Counted from the stretch's first letter, positions 38,171 through 49,056 are shown. The stretch is 57,018 nucleotides of DNA from Acidimicrobiia bacterium (GCA_016871375.1 VFYY01000003.1:1-57018); one strand, 5' to 3'. Notes: generated from the sequence alone by a model not told the origin. A program made the numbers and translations.

Positions 38171-39419
38171 ACGGATACCTCGGGCGGAACCAGTTCCTGA
38201 ACCCGCGGCGCAGCAGCGTCCGCGGCGTCGCCGGCGACGCGCCCTTGAGAACATAGTGGTCGCCGTCGAAGAACTCCATCGAGTACTCAGGGTATGAGGG
38301 GAGCGGCTCGAAGCCGTCGAACGGCCCGAACGGCGTGGACGTCCATTCCCAGCCGTTGCCCACCAGGTCGTGCACGCCGAACGCGCTGGCGCCGTCGGGA
38401 TGCGCGCCGACCGGCTCCGGATCCCAGCGGCGGAAGTCGACGTTCGCGGGCAGGCGGCCGCTCAGCGAGTCCCCCCATGGATACTGCCGCTCGCCGCCGC
38501 CTGGCGTCCCGAACGCGGCGCGGTGGAACTCGGCCTCGGTCGGCAGCCGTCCGCCGCGCCAGCGCGCATACGCGTCCGCGTCGGCCCATGTGACATAGAC
38601 GGGCCAGTCGTCCGGAAGGATGACCCGCTCGAACATCCCGCGCTGGTACCAGTGGCCGCCCTCGCGCTCCCAGAACGGGGGCGGCGCCGCGCCGCTGGCC
38701 TCCACGAACTCGAGGTACTGGCGGTTGGTCACGTCGTGCACGTCGATCGTGAAGGCGTCCACGGCGACGCAGTGCGGCGGCAGCTCGTTGTCCCAGGCAA
38801 ACGGCGCCTCGCGCAGATCGGTGCCCATCGTGACGCTGCCGGCCGGAATCCGCGCGCGGGTCTCCGCAGGCCCGTGGCTGACCAGCCGCGGCGGCGCGGT
38901 GACGTACTGCGGCGGCCTGCGCTTGCTCGCGTGCGGCAGCTGATGCCACATGTACGCGAGCGTCTCCTGGTGCATGTCCTCGTGCTCGAGAACCGCCCAC
39001 AGCGCCTGCGCGCGGCGCAGCAGCGGGTGATCGTCGCGCTCGAGGTCCGCGTGGCTGATCACGTCGGTGAGCAGCCTGTCCGCAGCCACGGCGTACTGCT
39101 GCACGGTTTCCCGCGACGGCCACGCCGGGTTGCCGCGCGCGACCGCCGCCGCCTCCGTTGCCGGGTCGATGCCGCGCGCGAAGATCTCCTCGAGCCGTCC
39201 GTCGATGCCGGGCCTGCCCAGGCCCTTCTTCACGAGCGTGTTCACGGCGAACGCCGGCAGGTGCCCCTCGTAGAAGACGATGGGATTGCGGAGGGGGATG
39301 GGGCGGTCGAAGTACGCGCCCTCGTCCACGAGCGCGAAGAGGGCCCGGGTCCGCGCGCGCATGCGGACGAAGCGGTCCCGGACGGCCGCGCGGTCAATTG
39401 TCACGGGAGCGCCGATCAT
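38136..39419 (-). CDS. egtB: hercynine sulfoxide synthase (EgtB-family: DinB-like plus FGE-like domains)
   Basis: The N-terminal DinB-like part carries FYEGHLPAF. The C-terminal FGE-sulfatase-like part carries HDLVGNGWEWT and RGASP. It lies upstream of and overlaps egtD. Confidence 0.85.
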   Translation of the reverse strand: MIGAPVTIDRAAVRDRFVRMRARTRALFALVDEGAYFDRPIPLRNPIVFYEGHLPAFAVNTLVKKGLGRPGIDGRLEEIFARGIDPATEAAAVARGNPAWPSRETVQQYAVAADRLLTDVISHADLERDDHPLLRRAQALWAVLEHEDMHQETLAYMWHQLPHASKRRPPQYVTAPPRLVSHGPAETRARIPAGSVTMGTDLREAPFAWDNELPPHCVAVDAFTIDVHDVTNRQYLEFVEASGAAPPPFWEREGGHWYQRGMFERVILPDDWPVYVTWADADAYARWRGGRLPTEAEFHRAAFGTPGGGERQYPWGDSLSGRLPANVDFRRWDPEPVGAHPDGASAFGVHDLVGNGWEWTSTPFGPFDGFEPLPSYPEYSMEFFDGDHYVLKGASPATPRTLLRRGFRNWFRPRYPYVYATFRCVES

Positions 39420-39444
39420 ATACGCTCAGGATGAACCGCGCGTT

Positions 39445-39645
39445 GTGTTCATCACGCTCAACGGCGAGCCGTACGAGCTCGACGAGCCCATGTCGATCGT
39501 CGACCTTCTGGCGAAGCTCGCCATCGATCCGCGCCGGGTCGCCGTGGAGCACAACCTCACGATCCTGAAGCGGCACCTGTTCGGCGAGACCGTCGTGCAC
39601 GAGGGCGACTGCGTGGAAATCGTCAATTTCGTTGGTGGCGGTTAG
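39445..39645 (+). CDS. thiS: sulfur carrier protein ThiS
   Basis: 66 aa from GTG 39445, (M)[11 protein letters not shown]...EIVNFVGGG, with the C-terminal GG. Confidence 0.75.
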   Translation: MFITLNGEPYELDEPMSIVDLLAKLAIDPRRVAVEHNLTILKRHLFGETVVHEGDCVEIVNFVGGG

Positions 39646-39649
39646 GAAC

Positions 39650-40429
39650 ATGGTCGATACACCGTTCGTCATCGCGGGACGCACGTTCGCCTCGCGGCTG
39701 ATCGTCGGCACCGGCAAGTACTCCTCGCACCCGGTGATGGCGCAGGCGCATGCCGCCTCGGGCGCCGACATGGTCACCGTGGCCGTGCGCCGCGTGAACA
39801 TCTCGGACCGCTCGCGCGAGTCGCTGCTCGACTACATCGACACCGACCGGATGTTCATCCTGCCGAACACCGCCGGCTGCTATACGGCCGACGAGGCGAT
39901 CCGGACCGCCCGCCTCGGGCGCGAGGCCGGCCTGTCGAACTGGGTGAAGCTGGAGGTCATCGGCGACGAGCGGACGCTGTTCCCCGACAACGAGGCGCTC
40001 ATCGAGGCGACGCGCGTGCTCGTGCGCGAGGGCTTCATCGTGCTGCCCTACACGAACGACGACCCCATCGCCTGCCGCAAGCTCGAGGACGCCGGCGCCG
40101 CGGCCGTGATGCCGCTCGGCGCGCCGATCGGGTCGGGCCTCGGCATCCAGAACGTCAACAACATGCGCATCATCCGCGAGTTCGCGCGCGTGCCGCTGAT
40201 CGTGGACGCCGGCGTCGGCACCGCGTCGGATGCCGCGCTCGCCATGGAGCTGGGCGCCGACGGCGTGCTCATGAACACCGCGATTGCCGGCGCGCAGGAG
40301 CCGGTCGCCATGGCCGACGCGATGAAGCACGCGGTGATCGCCGGCCGGCTCGCCTATCTGGCCGGGCGGATCCCGAAGAAGATGTACGCCACGGCCAGCA
40401 GTCCGGTCCAAGGGATGGTCGGCCGCTGA
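39650..40429 (+). CDS. thiG: thiazole synthase ThiG
   Basis: [31 protein letters not shown], and [11 protein letters not shown]. Confidence 0.9.
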   Translation: MVDTPFVIAGRTFASRLIVGTGKYSSHPVMAQAHAASGADMVTVAVRRVNISDRSRESLLDYIDTDRMFILPNTAGCYTADEAIRTARLGREAGLSNWVKLEVIGDERTLFPDNEALIEATRVLVREGFIVLPYTNDDPIACRKLEDAGAAAVMPLGAPIGSGLGIQNVNNMRIIREFARVPLIVDAGVGTASDAALAMELGADGVLMNTAIAGAQEPVAMADAMKHAVIAGRLAYLAGRIPKKMYATASSPVQGMVGR

Positions 40430-40434
40430 GCCGC

Positions 40435-41670
40435 ATGGCGGACACGCTGCCGCCCCCCGCGCCGATCCCCGCCCCCGATCGGCACCAGATCGGCCGGCTC
40501 AACACTCTCTGGAGCGTCCTCGACGAACATCGCCACTCTCCGACCGGGCTCCGGGGCCGGATGCTGGCCGCCGCGCGCCGCATCGTCGAGCGCGTGCTGC
40601 AACGGCAGGAGGAGTTCAACGCGGGGGTCGTCGACCACCTGAACCGCAACATCGAGGTGGCCGAGCAGGCGCACATCGCGAGCACGCTGATGATCCGCTG
40701 GGTCGAAGACCGGATGGATCCGGCGGTCGGCCGGCTGGACGCCGCGGTGGACGAGCTGCGCCGCTACCAGCAGGCGCTGGCGGCGCGCGAACGCCGCAGC
40801 GACGCGTCGGTCGCCGCGCTCACGGCCGCGCACGCAGAGATGCGCGCGTCGATTGGTGTCCTGCAACAGACGGCGCAAGCACTCAAACGCGAAGTGGCGC
40901 GCGTCGCAGAGCACGGCGCAGCAACGGGCGGCGCATCGTCGCCCGACCGCACCCTCGCACAGTCGCACCCGGGCACCGGCGCACCTGCCCTCGACAGCGC
41001 CTATGTCGGCTTCGAGGATCAGTTCCGGGGCACGCAGGACGACATCCGCGCGCGCGTCGCCGAATACCTGCCCGTCTTCGAGAGCGCGAGCGACGTGCTG
41101 GACATCGGCTGCGGCCGCGGCGAGTTCCTGGCGCTGCTGCGCGAGCGCGGCATCCGCGCACGCGGCATCGACATCAACGGCGCCATGGTGGACGTGTGCC
41201 GCGAGCAGGGGCTGGACGCCACGGAGGCCGACGCGCTCGGCTACCTGCAGGCGCAGGCGGACGGCTCGCTGGGCGGGCTCTTCGCCGCGCAGGTGGTCGA
41301 GCATCTCGAGCCGCGCTACCTCACCGCGCTCCTCGACGCCGCCTTCCAGAAGCTGCGGCCCGGCGCGCCGATCGTGCTCGAGACCATCAACCCGGCGTGC
41401 TGGTTCGCCTTCTTCGAGAGCTACATCCGCGACATCACGCACGTGCGCGCGCTGCACCCCGACACGCTGAAGTACCTGCTCGTCGCCGCGGGGTTCCAGC
41501 ACGCGGACATCCGCTACCGCGCGCCGTACCCCGACCGCGACAAGCTCCAGCCCATCCCGCCGCACGCGGCGCTCGGCAACTCGGTGGAGACGCTCAACGC
41601 CAACGTCGAGCGGCTGAATCGCCTCCTCTTTACCTGGCTCGATTACGCGGCAATCGGCCGTCGTCCGTAG
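40435..41670 (+). CDS. class I SAM-dependent methyltransferase with ~190-aa coiled-coil-like N-terminal extension
   Basis: Motif I VLDIGCGRGEF, then AAQVVEHLEP. The N-terminal half is rich in heptad-like A/E/R/L segments. Confidence 0.75.
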   Translation: MADTLPPPAPIPAPDRHQIGRLNTLWSVLDEHRHSPTGLRGRMLAAARRIVERVLQRQEEFNAGVVDHLNRNIEVAEQAHIASTLMIRWVEDRMDPAVGRLDAAVDELRRYQQALAARERRSDASVAALTAAHAEMRASIGVLQQTAQALKREVARVAEHGAATGGASSPDRTLAQSHPGTGAPALDSAYVGFEDQFRGTQDDIRARVAEYLPVFESASDVLDIGCGRGEFLALLRERGIRARGIDINGAMVDVCREQGLDATEADALGYLQAQADGSLGGLFAAQVVEHLEPRYLTALLDAAFQKLRPGAPIVLETINPACWFAFFESYIRDITHVRALHPDTLKYLLVAAGFQHADIRYRAPYPDRDKLQPIPPHAALGNSVETLNANVERLNRLLFTWLDYAAIGRRP

Positions 41671-41671
41671 G

Positions 41672-43600
41672 ATGGGGTCAGACCCCATGACACGGAGCGA
41701 CTCATGGGGTCTGACCCTCGCCCGTCTTCCTCTCGGCACCGCGCTCGCGTGGGGCGTCGCCATGGCGGTCGCGGCACCAGAGCTGCCGCGGCTGGCCGCC
41801 GCCGCGGCGCTGGCCACGGTCGCGCTGACCGCGTGGCGGCCGTGGGCGGGGCTGCTGGCCGTGCTCGCATGCGCCCCGGCGGGAGCGCTGCTGGCACCGC
41901 CGCCCGCGCGGGCGGCGGAGCTCGTGGCGTGGGCGTTCCTGGCGGCGTGGCTGCTCCGGCTCGACCGTCCGCTCACCATCGACCGGTTCCCCCGGGCCGT
42001 CGTTGTCCCCGTGCTGCTGTACGGAACGGCCGCCGTGACGTCGTGGCTGGCGTACGTCACGGCCGGCGCCGGCGGGGTCACGCCGTCCACGCTCCCGTGG
42101 TTCCTCCTCCGCTCGCTCCCGCAGGAGTACCTCGCCCTCTCGACGCCGGAACCGCATGCCTGGACGATGCTGCAGACGGCGACGGGGCTGGCGACGCTGC
42201 TCGCCGCGCTCGCCATCGCGCAGCCGGACCGCCGCACGCTCGGCCTCGTCGCCAAGGCGCTCGTCGTCACCGCCGCAGTTCTTGCGGTGGCGACGCTTGC
42301 GGACGTCGGACGGCAGTGGGCCGCGAACGACTTCGGCGCGTGGTTCCTCCTGCGCTACGTCAACGGGGAGCGGTTCAGCCTCCACCTGCGCGACCTCAAC
42401 GCGGCTGGGTCGCTGTACGTGCTGGCCGGCCTGACCGCGGCGGCGCTGGCGATCTTCGACCCCGCACGCCGCCTGCGCTGGATCGCGCTGCTGGCGATCA
42501 TGGCGCCGGCCGTGGTGCTGGCCGGCTCGCGCACGTCGTTCGTCGCCGGTATCGCCGGCATCGCGATCCTCGCGGCCACGGCGCGGCGCCGGATGCTCAC
42601 CCCGCGGCAGCGGATGGCGGCTGCAGCCGTCGCCGCCCTCGTGATCGTGGCGGCGGTCGTGCTGGCGGACTGGCGGACCGACGTGCGGGGCACCGCCGGG
42701 CGTGCCGCCAGCCTCCGATCGGAGTTCTCGCGGACGACGGCGCGGATGTTCGCGTCGTCACCGGTCTTCGGCGTCGGCGTGGGCCAGTACTTCACCCGGT
42801 CGAACGAGTTCATGTCCGAGGACCTGCGCGCCCTCTACGGCAACGAGAACGCGCACAACTATTTCGCGCAACAGTTCGCCGAGCTCGGTCTCGTCGGCGG
42901 GCTGCTGTTCGTGTGGCTGGCGGGTGCCCTCGTGACGCGCGCGTGGAACGCGGCACGGGCCGACGGCGAGTTCGATCCGGTCGCGGTGGGGCTCTTCGCC
43001 GGGGTCGCCGGATACCTGCTCACGTGCGTGACCGGGCATCCGCTGCTCGTGCCGGAGGCCGCACTCCCCTTCTGGATAGCAGCCGGCGCGATTGCCGGCG
43101 CCGGACGACACGAGGAACGCCGCGCGGCCCCGTACGGCATCGCCGCCGTGCTCGTGTCGGCGGTGCTGGTCGTCGGAGTCGGCCGCGGCGTCGCCGCGTA
43201 CGCGCGCACGGGTGAGCGGCCGCGCGACGCCGGGTTCCACGAGATGGAAACGGCGGAGGACGGCACGCCGTTCCGCTGGGTCACGCAGCACGGCATCACG
43301 TACGTGGACGACGGCGCGGGGTTCCTGCGGCTGCGGCTCCGGGCGCCTGATCTGCCGCAGACGCGGCCGCTGCTGGTGGACACCTGGATCTCGGGCCGGC
43401 TGGTCGATCGGCGGACACTGCCGGTGGATCAGTGGACGGCGTACGACGTCGCCGTCCGGGAGGCCGCGGGCGAGGCGTTCCGGCGCGTGGACCTGCGCGT
43501 GAACCAGGAGTGGACCGAGGAGGTGCGCCTCGGCCGCCGCGCGGCACGCCGGCCAATCTCGCTGATGGTCGGCGAGATCACGTTCATCCCCCTGAAATAA
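41672..43600 (+). CDS. O-antigen ligase/polymerase-like (Wzy_C-type) polytopic membrane protein with C-terminal soluble domain
   Basis: More than 10 TM segments, AGSRTSFVAG, and NAHNYFAQQFAELG (Wzy_C-like loop). The start is uncertain: ATG 41672 and 41687 lie inside the hairpin repeat, and the next ATG is 41762. Confidence 0.7.
   Translation: MGSDPMTRSDSWGLTLARLPLGTALAWGVAMAVAAPELPRLAAAAALATVALTAWRPWAGLLAVLACAPAGALLAPPPARAAELVAWAFLAAWLLRLDRPLTIDRFPRAVVVPVLLYGTAAVTSWLAYVTAGAGGVTPSTLPWFLLRSLPQEYLALSTPEPHAWTMLQTATGLATLLAALAIAQPDRRTLGLVAKALVVTAAVLAVATLADVGRQWAANDFGAWFLLRYVNGERFSLHLRDLNAAGSLYVLAGLTAAALAIFDPARRLRWIALLAIMAPAVVLAGSRTSFVAGIAGIAILAATARRRMLTPRQRMAAAAVAALVIVAAVVLADWRTDVRGTAGRAASLRSEFSRTTARMFASSPVFGVGVGQYFTRSNEFMSEDLRALYGNENAHNYFAQQFAELGLVGGLLFVWLAGALVTRAWNAARADGEFDPVAVGLFAGVAGYLLTCVTGHPLLVPEAALPFWIAAGAIAGAGRHEERRAAPYGIAAVLVSAVLVVGVGRGVAAYARTGERPRDAGFHEMETAEDGTPFRWVTQHGITYVDDGAGFLRLRLRAPDLPQTRPLLVDTWISGRLVDRRTLPVDQWTAYDVAVREAAGEAFRRVDLRVNQEWTEEVRLGRRAARRPISLMVGEITFIPLK
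41675..41717. repeat. hairpin element, copy 2 (16-bp stem)
   Basis: GGGTCAGACCCCATGA - CACGGAGCGAC - TCATGGGGTCTGACCC. The loop differs from copy 1 by one base. Confidence 0.9.
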
Positions 43601-43631
43601 AAAAGCCGGGTCTGAAGAACAAGACCCGGCC
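43601..43631 (-). terminator. intrinsic terminator for the minus-strand sugar-nucleotide operon (possibly bidirectional)
   Basis: GCCGGGTC-TGAAGAACAA-GACCCGGC, preceded on the plus strand by AAAAA. On the minus strand this reads as a hairpin followed by a T-tract. Confidence 0.6.
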
Positions 43632-43657
43632 TACGTACGCCCGAGAACCGTCGCGCG

Positions 43658-43707
43658 CTACGACCTACGCGCTACCACCTACGACCTACCACCTACCACC
43701 TACAACC
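43658..43707. repeat. (CCTACSAC)n octamer repeat, third locus
   Basis: CTACGACCTACGCGCTACCACCTACGACCTACCACCTACCACCTACAACC. It contains the TAG stop of the dehydrogenase gene. Confidence 0.85.
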
Positions 43708-44992
43708 TGAAGATGTGTTCGGCCTGAATGCCCTTCAGCGCGTTGCGCGTGTCCACGACCAGCGGGAAGCGCTTCACGATGCCCGGGTAGTCGAACGCCG
43801 TGTGGTTCGTGCAGATGACGGCGCAGTCCACGCCCTGGCCCGCCTTGTCCTCGGGCACGGAGCAGAGGTTGATGTCCGCGTGCTGCAGGTGCGGCACGTA
43901 GGGATCGGTATAGGCGAGCGTCGCGCCGCGGCGATGCAGCAGCTCGAGGACGTCGAGCGCCGGGGATTCGCGCATGTCGTTGACGTCCTTCTTGTAGGCG
44001 ATGCCCATCAGGTGAATGCGCGAGCCGTTGATCGACTTCTTCACCGTGTTCAGCGCCTCACCCACGCGGTCCACGACGTAGGACGGCATCGAGCCGTTGA
44101 CGTGGCCGGCGAGCTCGATGAAGCGGCACTCGAAGCCGCTCTGTCGCGCCTTCCACGACAGGTAGAACGGGTCGATCGGGATGCAGTGCCCGCCGAGCCC
44201 CGGCCCCGGGTAGAACGGCATGAAGCCGAACGGCTTGGTCTTGGCGGCGTCGATGACCTCCCAGACGTCGATGTTCATGCGGTGCGCCATCAGCGCGATC
44301 TCGTTGACGAGGCCGATGTTCACCGCGCGGAACGTGTTCTCGAGCAGCTTCACCATCTCGGCGACCTGCGTCGAGCTGACGGGCACGACGGTATCGACCG
44401 CGGCGGAATAGAGCGCCGCCGCCACCTCGGAGCAGGCCGGCGTCGTGCCGCCGACGACCTTCGGCGTGTTGCGGGTGTTGTATGTCGGGTTCGACGGGTC
44501 GACGCGCTCGGGCGAGAACGCCAGGTAGAAGTCCTTGCCGACGGTAAGCCCTCTGGCCTCGAACATGGGTTGCAGCAGTTCTGCGGTCGTGCCCGGGTAC
44601 GTCGTGGACTCGAGCACGATGAGCTGGCCCGGGCGGATGTACTTCGCGATCTGCTCCGCCGCGGACACGACGTAGGACATGTCCGGGTCCTTCGTCTTGC
44701 GCAGGGGCGTCGGCACGCAGATGTCGATGGCGTCCATGTCGTGCAGCGTCGACATGTCGGTCGTCGCGTGGAGCCTGCCCATGTTGACGACGGCGGCGAG
44801 ATCCGCAGTGGTGACGTCGCCGATATAGCTGCGGCCGGCGTTGATCTCGCTGACCTTGCGCTCGTCAACGTCAAAGCCCGTGACGTCGAACCCTTCCTTC
44901 GCGAACTCCACGGCCAGCGGCAGGCCCACGTACCCGAGCCCGATGATGCCGATGCGCGCCTTCCGCTCCCGAATCCTGTCTTTCAGCTCCAC
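43700..44992 (-). CDS. UDP-N-acetyl-hexosamine 6-dehydrogenase-type nucleotide-sugar dehydrogenase (WecC/WbpA/TviB-like)
   Basis: IGIIGLGYVGLPLA, catalytic GGHCIPIDP. GTG 44992 is preceded by GGAG. Confidence 0.85.
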   Translation of the reverse strand: MELKDRIRERKARIGIIGLGYVGLPLAVEFAKEGFDVTGFDVDERKVSEINAGRSYIGDVTTADLAAVVNMGRLHATTDMSTLHDMDAIDICVPTPLRKTKDPDMSYVVSAAEQIAKYIRPGQLIVLESTTYPGTTAELLQPMFEARGLTVGKDFYLAFSPERVDPSNPTYNTRNTPKVVGGTTPACSEVAAALYSAAVDTVVPVSSTQVAEMVKLLENTFRAVNIGLVNEIALMAHRMNIDVWEVIDAAKTKPFGFMPFYPGPGLGGHCIPIDPFYLSWKARQSGFECRFIELAGHVNGSMPSYVVDRVGEALNTVKKSINGSRIHLMGIAYKKDVNDMRESPALDVLELLHRRGATLAYTDPYVPHLQHADINLCSVPEDKAGQGVDCAVICTNHTAFDYPGIVKRFPLVVDTRNALKGIQAEHIFRL

Positions 44993-45000
44993 TCGTACTC

Positions 45001-46011
<1,011 letters not shown>

Positions 46012-46016
46012 TCATT

Positions 46017-46889
46017 CTATGCTGCCGGTTGTTTGCGGCCGGCGAGCCAGCGGCGCAGGCCGTCCTGCCAGGTGGGCATGACGAACCCGGCCCCGGCCAG
46101 CTTGCGGTTCGACAGCGCGCAGAACCGCGGCCGCGCGGCCCTGAGCGACACCTGGTCGACCGTCACCGGGTGCAGGCGCGGCGCGACGCCCAGAATCCTC
46201 GCCGCCTCCTCGGCGACCTGGTACCAGGTCGCGTAGCCCGTGTTGACGCAGTGGTACAGACCGGGAGAGGCGTGTTCGTCCACCAGATGCCGCGTCGCCG
46301 CCGCCACGTCGTCCACGTAGCTCGGGGAGACGGTGCGGTCGGTGAACACCCGAACCTCGCGGTGCGCTTCGATCGATTCGACGATTCCGTCGAGCGTGCC
46401 GCGGCGGCCGCTCCAGCCCGCGGGCGACCCGAAGATGCTCTCCACGCGGAGCACGAACGCGCGGGGCGCGTCGAGCGCGAACCATTCGCCCAGCAGCTTG
46501 CTCATCGCGTAAACGCTGCGCGGCGCAGGGCCGGCGTCCTCGATGTAGGGCGCCGTGGCGTCGCCGTCGAACACGAAATCGGTGCTGTAGTGGACGAGCG
46601 TGGCGCCGCACGCTTCGGCGGCGCGCGCGAGGCTGCGGACCGCGAACGCGTTCACGGCCATCGCCTCACCTGGCCGGTCCTCGGCGCCATCGACGTCGTT
46701 GAACGCCGCGCAGTTGACAATCACCTCCGGAGCCGCGGCGACGGCCGCGCGCGCCACGGCGGCAGCGTCGGCGACGTCGAGCGAGGCGCGCGTATGGCGG
46801 ACGACGGCGCGTCCCGCAAACGCGTGCGCGACTGCGGCAGCGAGGCGTCCGGCGGCGCCGACCACGAGCACGGGGCCCGTCACGGGCAT
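46017..46889 (-). CDS. RmlD-family 4-ketoreductase (dTDP-4-dehydrorhamnose-reductase-like)
   Basis: [29 protein letters not shown], and YAMSKLLGE. Start is the ATG at codon 69 of ORF 46017..47093. Confidence 0.75.
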   Translation of the reverse strand: MPVTGPVLVVGAAGRLAAAVAHAFAGRAVVRHTRASLDVADAAAVARAAVAAAPEVIVNCAAFNDVDGAEDRPGEAMAVNAFAVRSLARAAEACGATLVHYSTDFVFDGDATAPYIEDAGPAPRSVYAMSKLLGEWFALDAPRAFVLRVESIFGSPAGWSGRRGTLDGIVESIEAHREVRVFTDRTVSPSYVDDVAAATRHLVDEHASPGLYHCVNTGYATWYQVAEEAARILGVAPRLHPVTVDQVSLRAARPRFCALSNRKLAGAGFVMPTWQDGLRRWLAGRKQPAA

Positions 46890-46944
46890 GCAGGACAGGA
46901 CGTCAGCAGCATCCGCAAACTCCGTATCGTACCATCGGGAAGTC

Positions 46945-48042
46945 ATGGAACGCATCGATGTCGCGGTGATTGGCGCCGGCGTCGTGGGGCTGGCGTCGGC
47001 GCTCGCGCTGGCGCGCCGCGGCCACAGCGTCTGTGTGCTGGAGCGCGAGCCGCGTCCCGGCATGGGCACGAGCACGCACAACAGCCAGGTCATCCACGCC
47101 GGGATGTACTACCCGCCTGGATCGCTGAAGGCCAGGCACTGCGTGGACGGCGCGCGCATGCTCTGCGAGTTCTGCGAGCGGCACGGCGTGCCGTACCAGC
47201 GCGTGGGCAAGCTGATCGTCGCGCAGGACGACCACGAGATCGAGGCGCTCGAGGCGCTGCGCGCGCGCGGCGAGACCAACGGCGTGCAGGGCCTGAGGAT
47301 GGTGGACCGCGCGTTCATCCGCGCGCGCGAGCCGCACGTGCGCGCCGCGGCCGCGCTCTACTCGCCGAACACCGGCATCATCGAGGCCGAGGCGCTGGTG
47401 CGCACGCTGGCGAGGCTGTGCACGGAGCACGACGCGTTCGTGCTGCCCGGCACGCGTCTCCTCGGCGCGACCGCCGCCGGCGACGGCCTCGAGCTGCGCA
47501 CGCCGGAAGAAACGATCCTGGCGCGCGCGGTGGTGAACGCGGCGGGCCTGTATGCCGACGAGGTGTCCGCCGCGCTCGGCGGCGAGAACTTCCGCATCTA
47601 CCCGTGCCGCGGCGAATACGCGGAGCTCGTGCCGTCGAAGCGGGGCCTGCTGAACGGTCCCGTGTATCCGCTCCCGCATGCGCACGGCCATTCGCTCGGC
47701 GTGCACTTCACGAAAACCACGCACGGACACGTGACGCTCGGGCCGACCGTGTGCTTTCAGGCGAGGAAGGACGACTACGAGCAGAACCGCATCCCGGTCG
47801 AGGACTTCCTCGAACCCGCGCGCGCGCTGCTCCCGGAGCTGCAGCTGGCGGACCTGCGGCTGGGCAGCAGCGGCATCCGGCCAAAGCTGCACGGCCCGGA
47901 GGAGTCGTTCGCCGACTTCTTCATCGCGAAGGATCGCCGGCAGCCGCGGCTCGTGCAGCTCGCCGGCATCGAGTCGCCTGGCCTCACCGCATGCCTCGCG
48001 ATCGGCGAGCACGGGGCGGCGCTCGTCGAAGAGGTGCTCTAG
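46945..48042 (+). CDS. FAD-dependent oxidoreductase (L-2-hydroxyglutarate-oxidase/DAO-like)
   Basis: [14 protein letters not shown] dinucleotide fold and a C-terminal GIESPGLT block. Start is the ATG at codon 116 of ORF 46600..48042. Confidence 0.75.
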   Translation: MERIDVAVIGAGVVGLASALALARRGHSVCVLEREPRPGMGTSTHNSQVIHAGMYYPPGSLKARHCVDGARMLCEFCERHGVPYQRVGKLIVAQDDHEIEALEALRARGETNGVQGLRMVDRAFIRAREPHVRAAAALYSPNTGIIEAEALVRTLARLCTEHDAFVLPGTRLLGATAAGDGLELRTPEETILARAVVNAAGLYADEVSAALGGENFRIYPCRGEYAELVPSKRGLLNGPVYPLPHAHGHSLGVHFTKTTHGHVTLGPTVCFQARKDDYEQNRIPVEDFLEPARALLPELQLADLRLGSSGIRPKLHGPEESFADFFIAKDRRQPRLVQLAGIESPGLTACLAIGEHGAALVEEVL

Positions 48043-48154
48043 GGCGGTTTCTGAAACGTCGTAGTGTCCGGCTTTAGCCGGACCAAGTTGATCGGCACCG
48101 CCGTGTGTGGTCCGGCTAAAGCCGGACACTACGAAGAAGTCGAAACCGCGCTAG
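48039..48154. repeat. MITE/REP-like element, copy E (complete, inverted orientation)
   Basis: CTAGGGCGGTTTCTGAAACGTCGTAGTGTCCGGCTTTAGCCGGACC - AAGTTGATCGGCACCGCCGTGTGT - GGTCCGGCTAAAGCCGGACACTACGAAGAAGTCGAAACCGCGCTAG. Confidence 0.9.
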
Positions 48155-49056
48155 GAGACCGGCGACTGCATCGCCAGGTACATCCAGCAGCGCGCCGACA
48201 GGAGTGCCCGGGCCAGGATGCGCTTCAGGCGCCGCCGGACCCGGCGGCTGAAGCGGTGCGTATCGCCCCCCGGCGCCACGTGCGTGATGTAGTAGAGGTA
48301 GGCGCTCTCGTGAAACGCGCGGATCGCCGCCGCCCGCGAACGCCGGCTCGAGTGTCCCACCCGGTGCACCGCCACCGCCGACGGCACGTAGCGGATGTGA
48401 TAGCCGGCGCGCCGCAGGCGCCGGCACAGGTCGGCGTCCTCCCAGTAGAGGAAGTACCGCTCGTCGAAGCCGCCGACGCTCTCGAGCGCACGGCGCTGCG
48501 CCAGCATGCACGCCCCGGACAGCCAGTCCACGACCATGCTGTCCATGCCCCGGCGGCCCCCGAGGTCGTCGGGGACGACGTTCCGCTTCGACACCGCGAG
48601 AGCGGGCAGCGCCTTGCGCAGCAGCGTGTTGCGGCCGAACAGCCCCGTGAGCATGTCCGGGTCGCCGCGGGCGCTGCCCTGCACCGAGCCGTCGGGATCG
48701 AGGATGCAGGGGCCGACGATGGCGCACGTGTCGCGCCGCCTGAGCACCTTCTTCAGCTCCGCGAACGCGCCCGGCGTCAGCCGGCAGTCGGGGTTCATGA
48801 TGAGGACCACGGGGCCAGATGTCGCGGCGACGCCCTGGTTCACGCCGCGGGCAAACCCGACGTTCGACTCGTTGCGCAGGAGCCGTGCGTGCGGCGCGAA
48901 CTCGGCGACGATCTCCGCGCTGCCGTCGGTGGAAGCGTTGTCCACGACAACCGCCTCCCACGCCATGCCGCCAAGCTCGTCGGCAATCGACTGCAGCGCC
49001 CGGCGCAGCTCGGCGCCGGCGTTGTAGTTCACGAGCACCGCCGACGCCTCGATCAC
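48151..49056 (-). CDS. family 2 glycosyltransferase
   Basis: VLVNYN...VVVDNASTDGS, with DxD-type blocks. Confidence 0.85.
   Translation of the reverse strand: MIEASAVLVNYNAGAELRRALQSIADELGGMAWEAVVVDNASTDGSAEIVAEFAPHARLLRNESNVGFARGVNQGVAATSGPVVLIMNPDCRLTPGAFAELKKVLRRRDTCAIVGPCILDPDGSVQGSARGDPDMLTGLFGRNTLLRKALPALAVSKRNVVPDDLGGRRGMDSMVVDWLSGACMLAQRRALESVGGFDERYFLYWEDADLCRRLRRAGYHIRYVPSAVAVHRVGHSSRRSRAAAIRAFHESAYLYYITHVAPGGDTHRFSRRVRRRLKRILARALLSARCWMYLAMQSPVS

Noticed and set aside
39420-39444. A TPP riboswitch was expected upstream of thiS-thiG.
   Set aside because: Only ~25 nt separate the divergent egtB start from the thiS start. There is no room for a ~100-nt THI element, and no CUGAGA-type core was seen. 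Any regulation must lie within egtB coding DNA or be absent.
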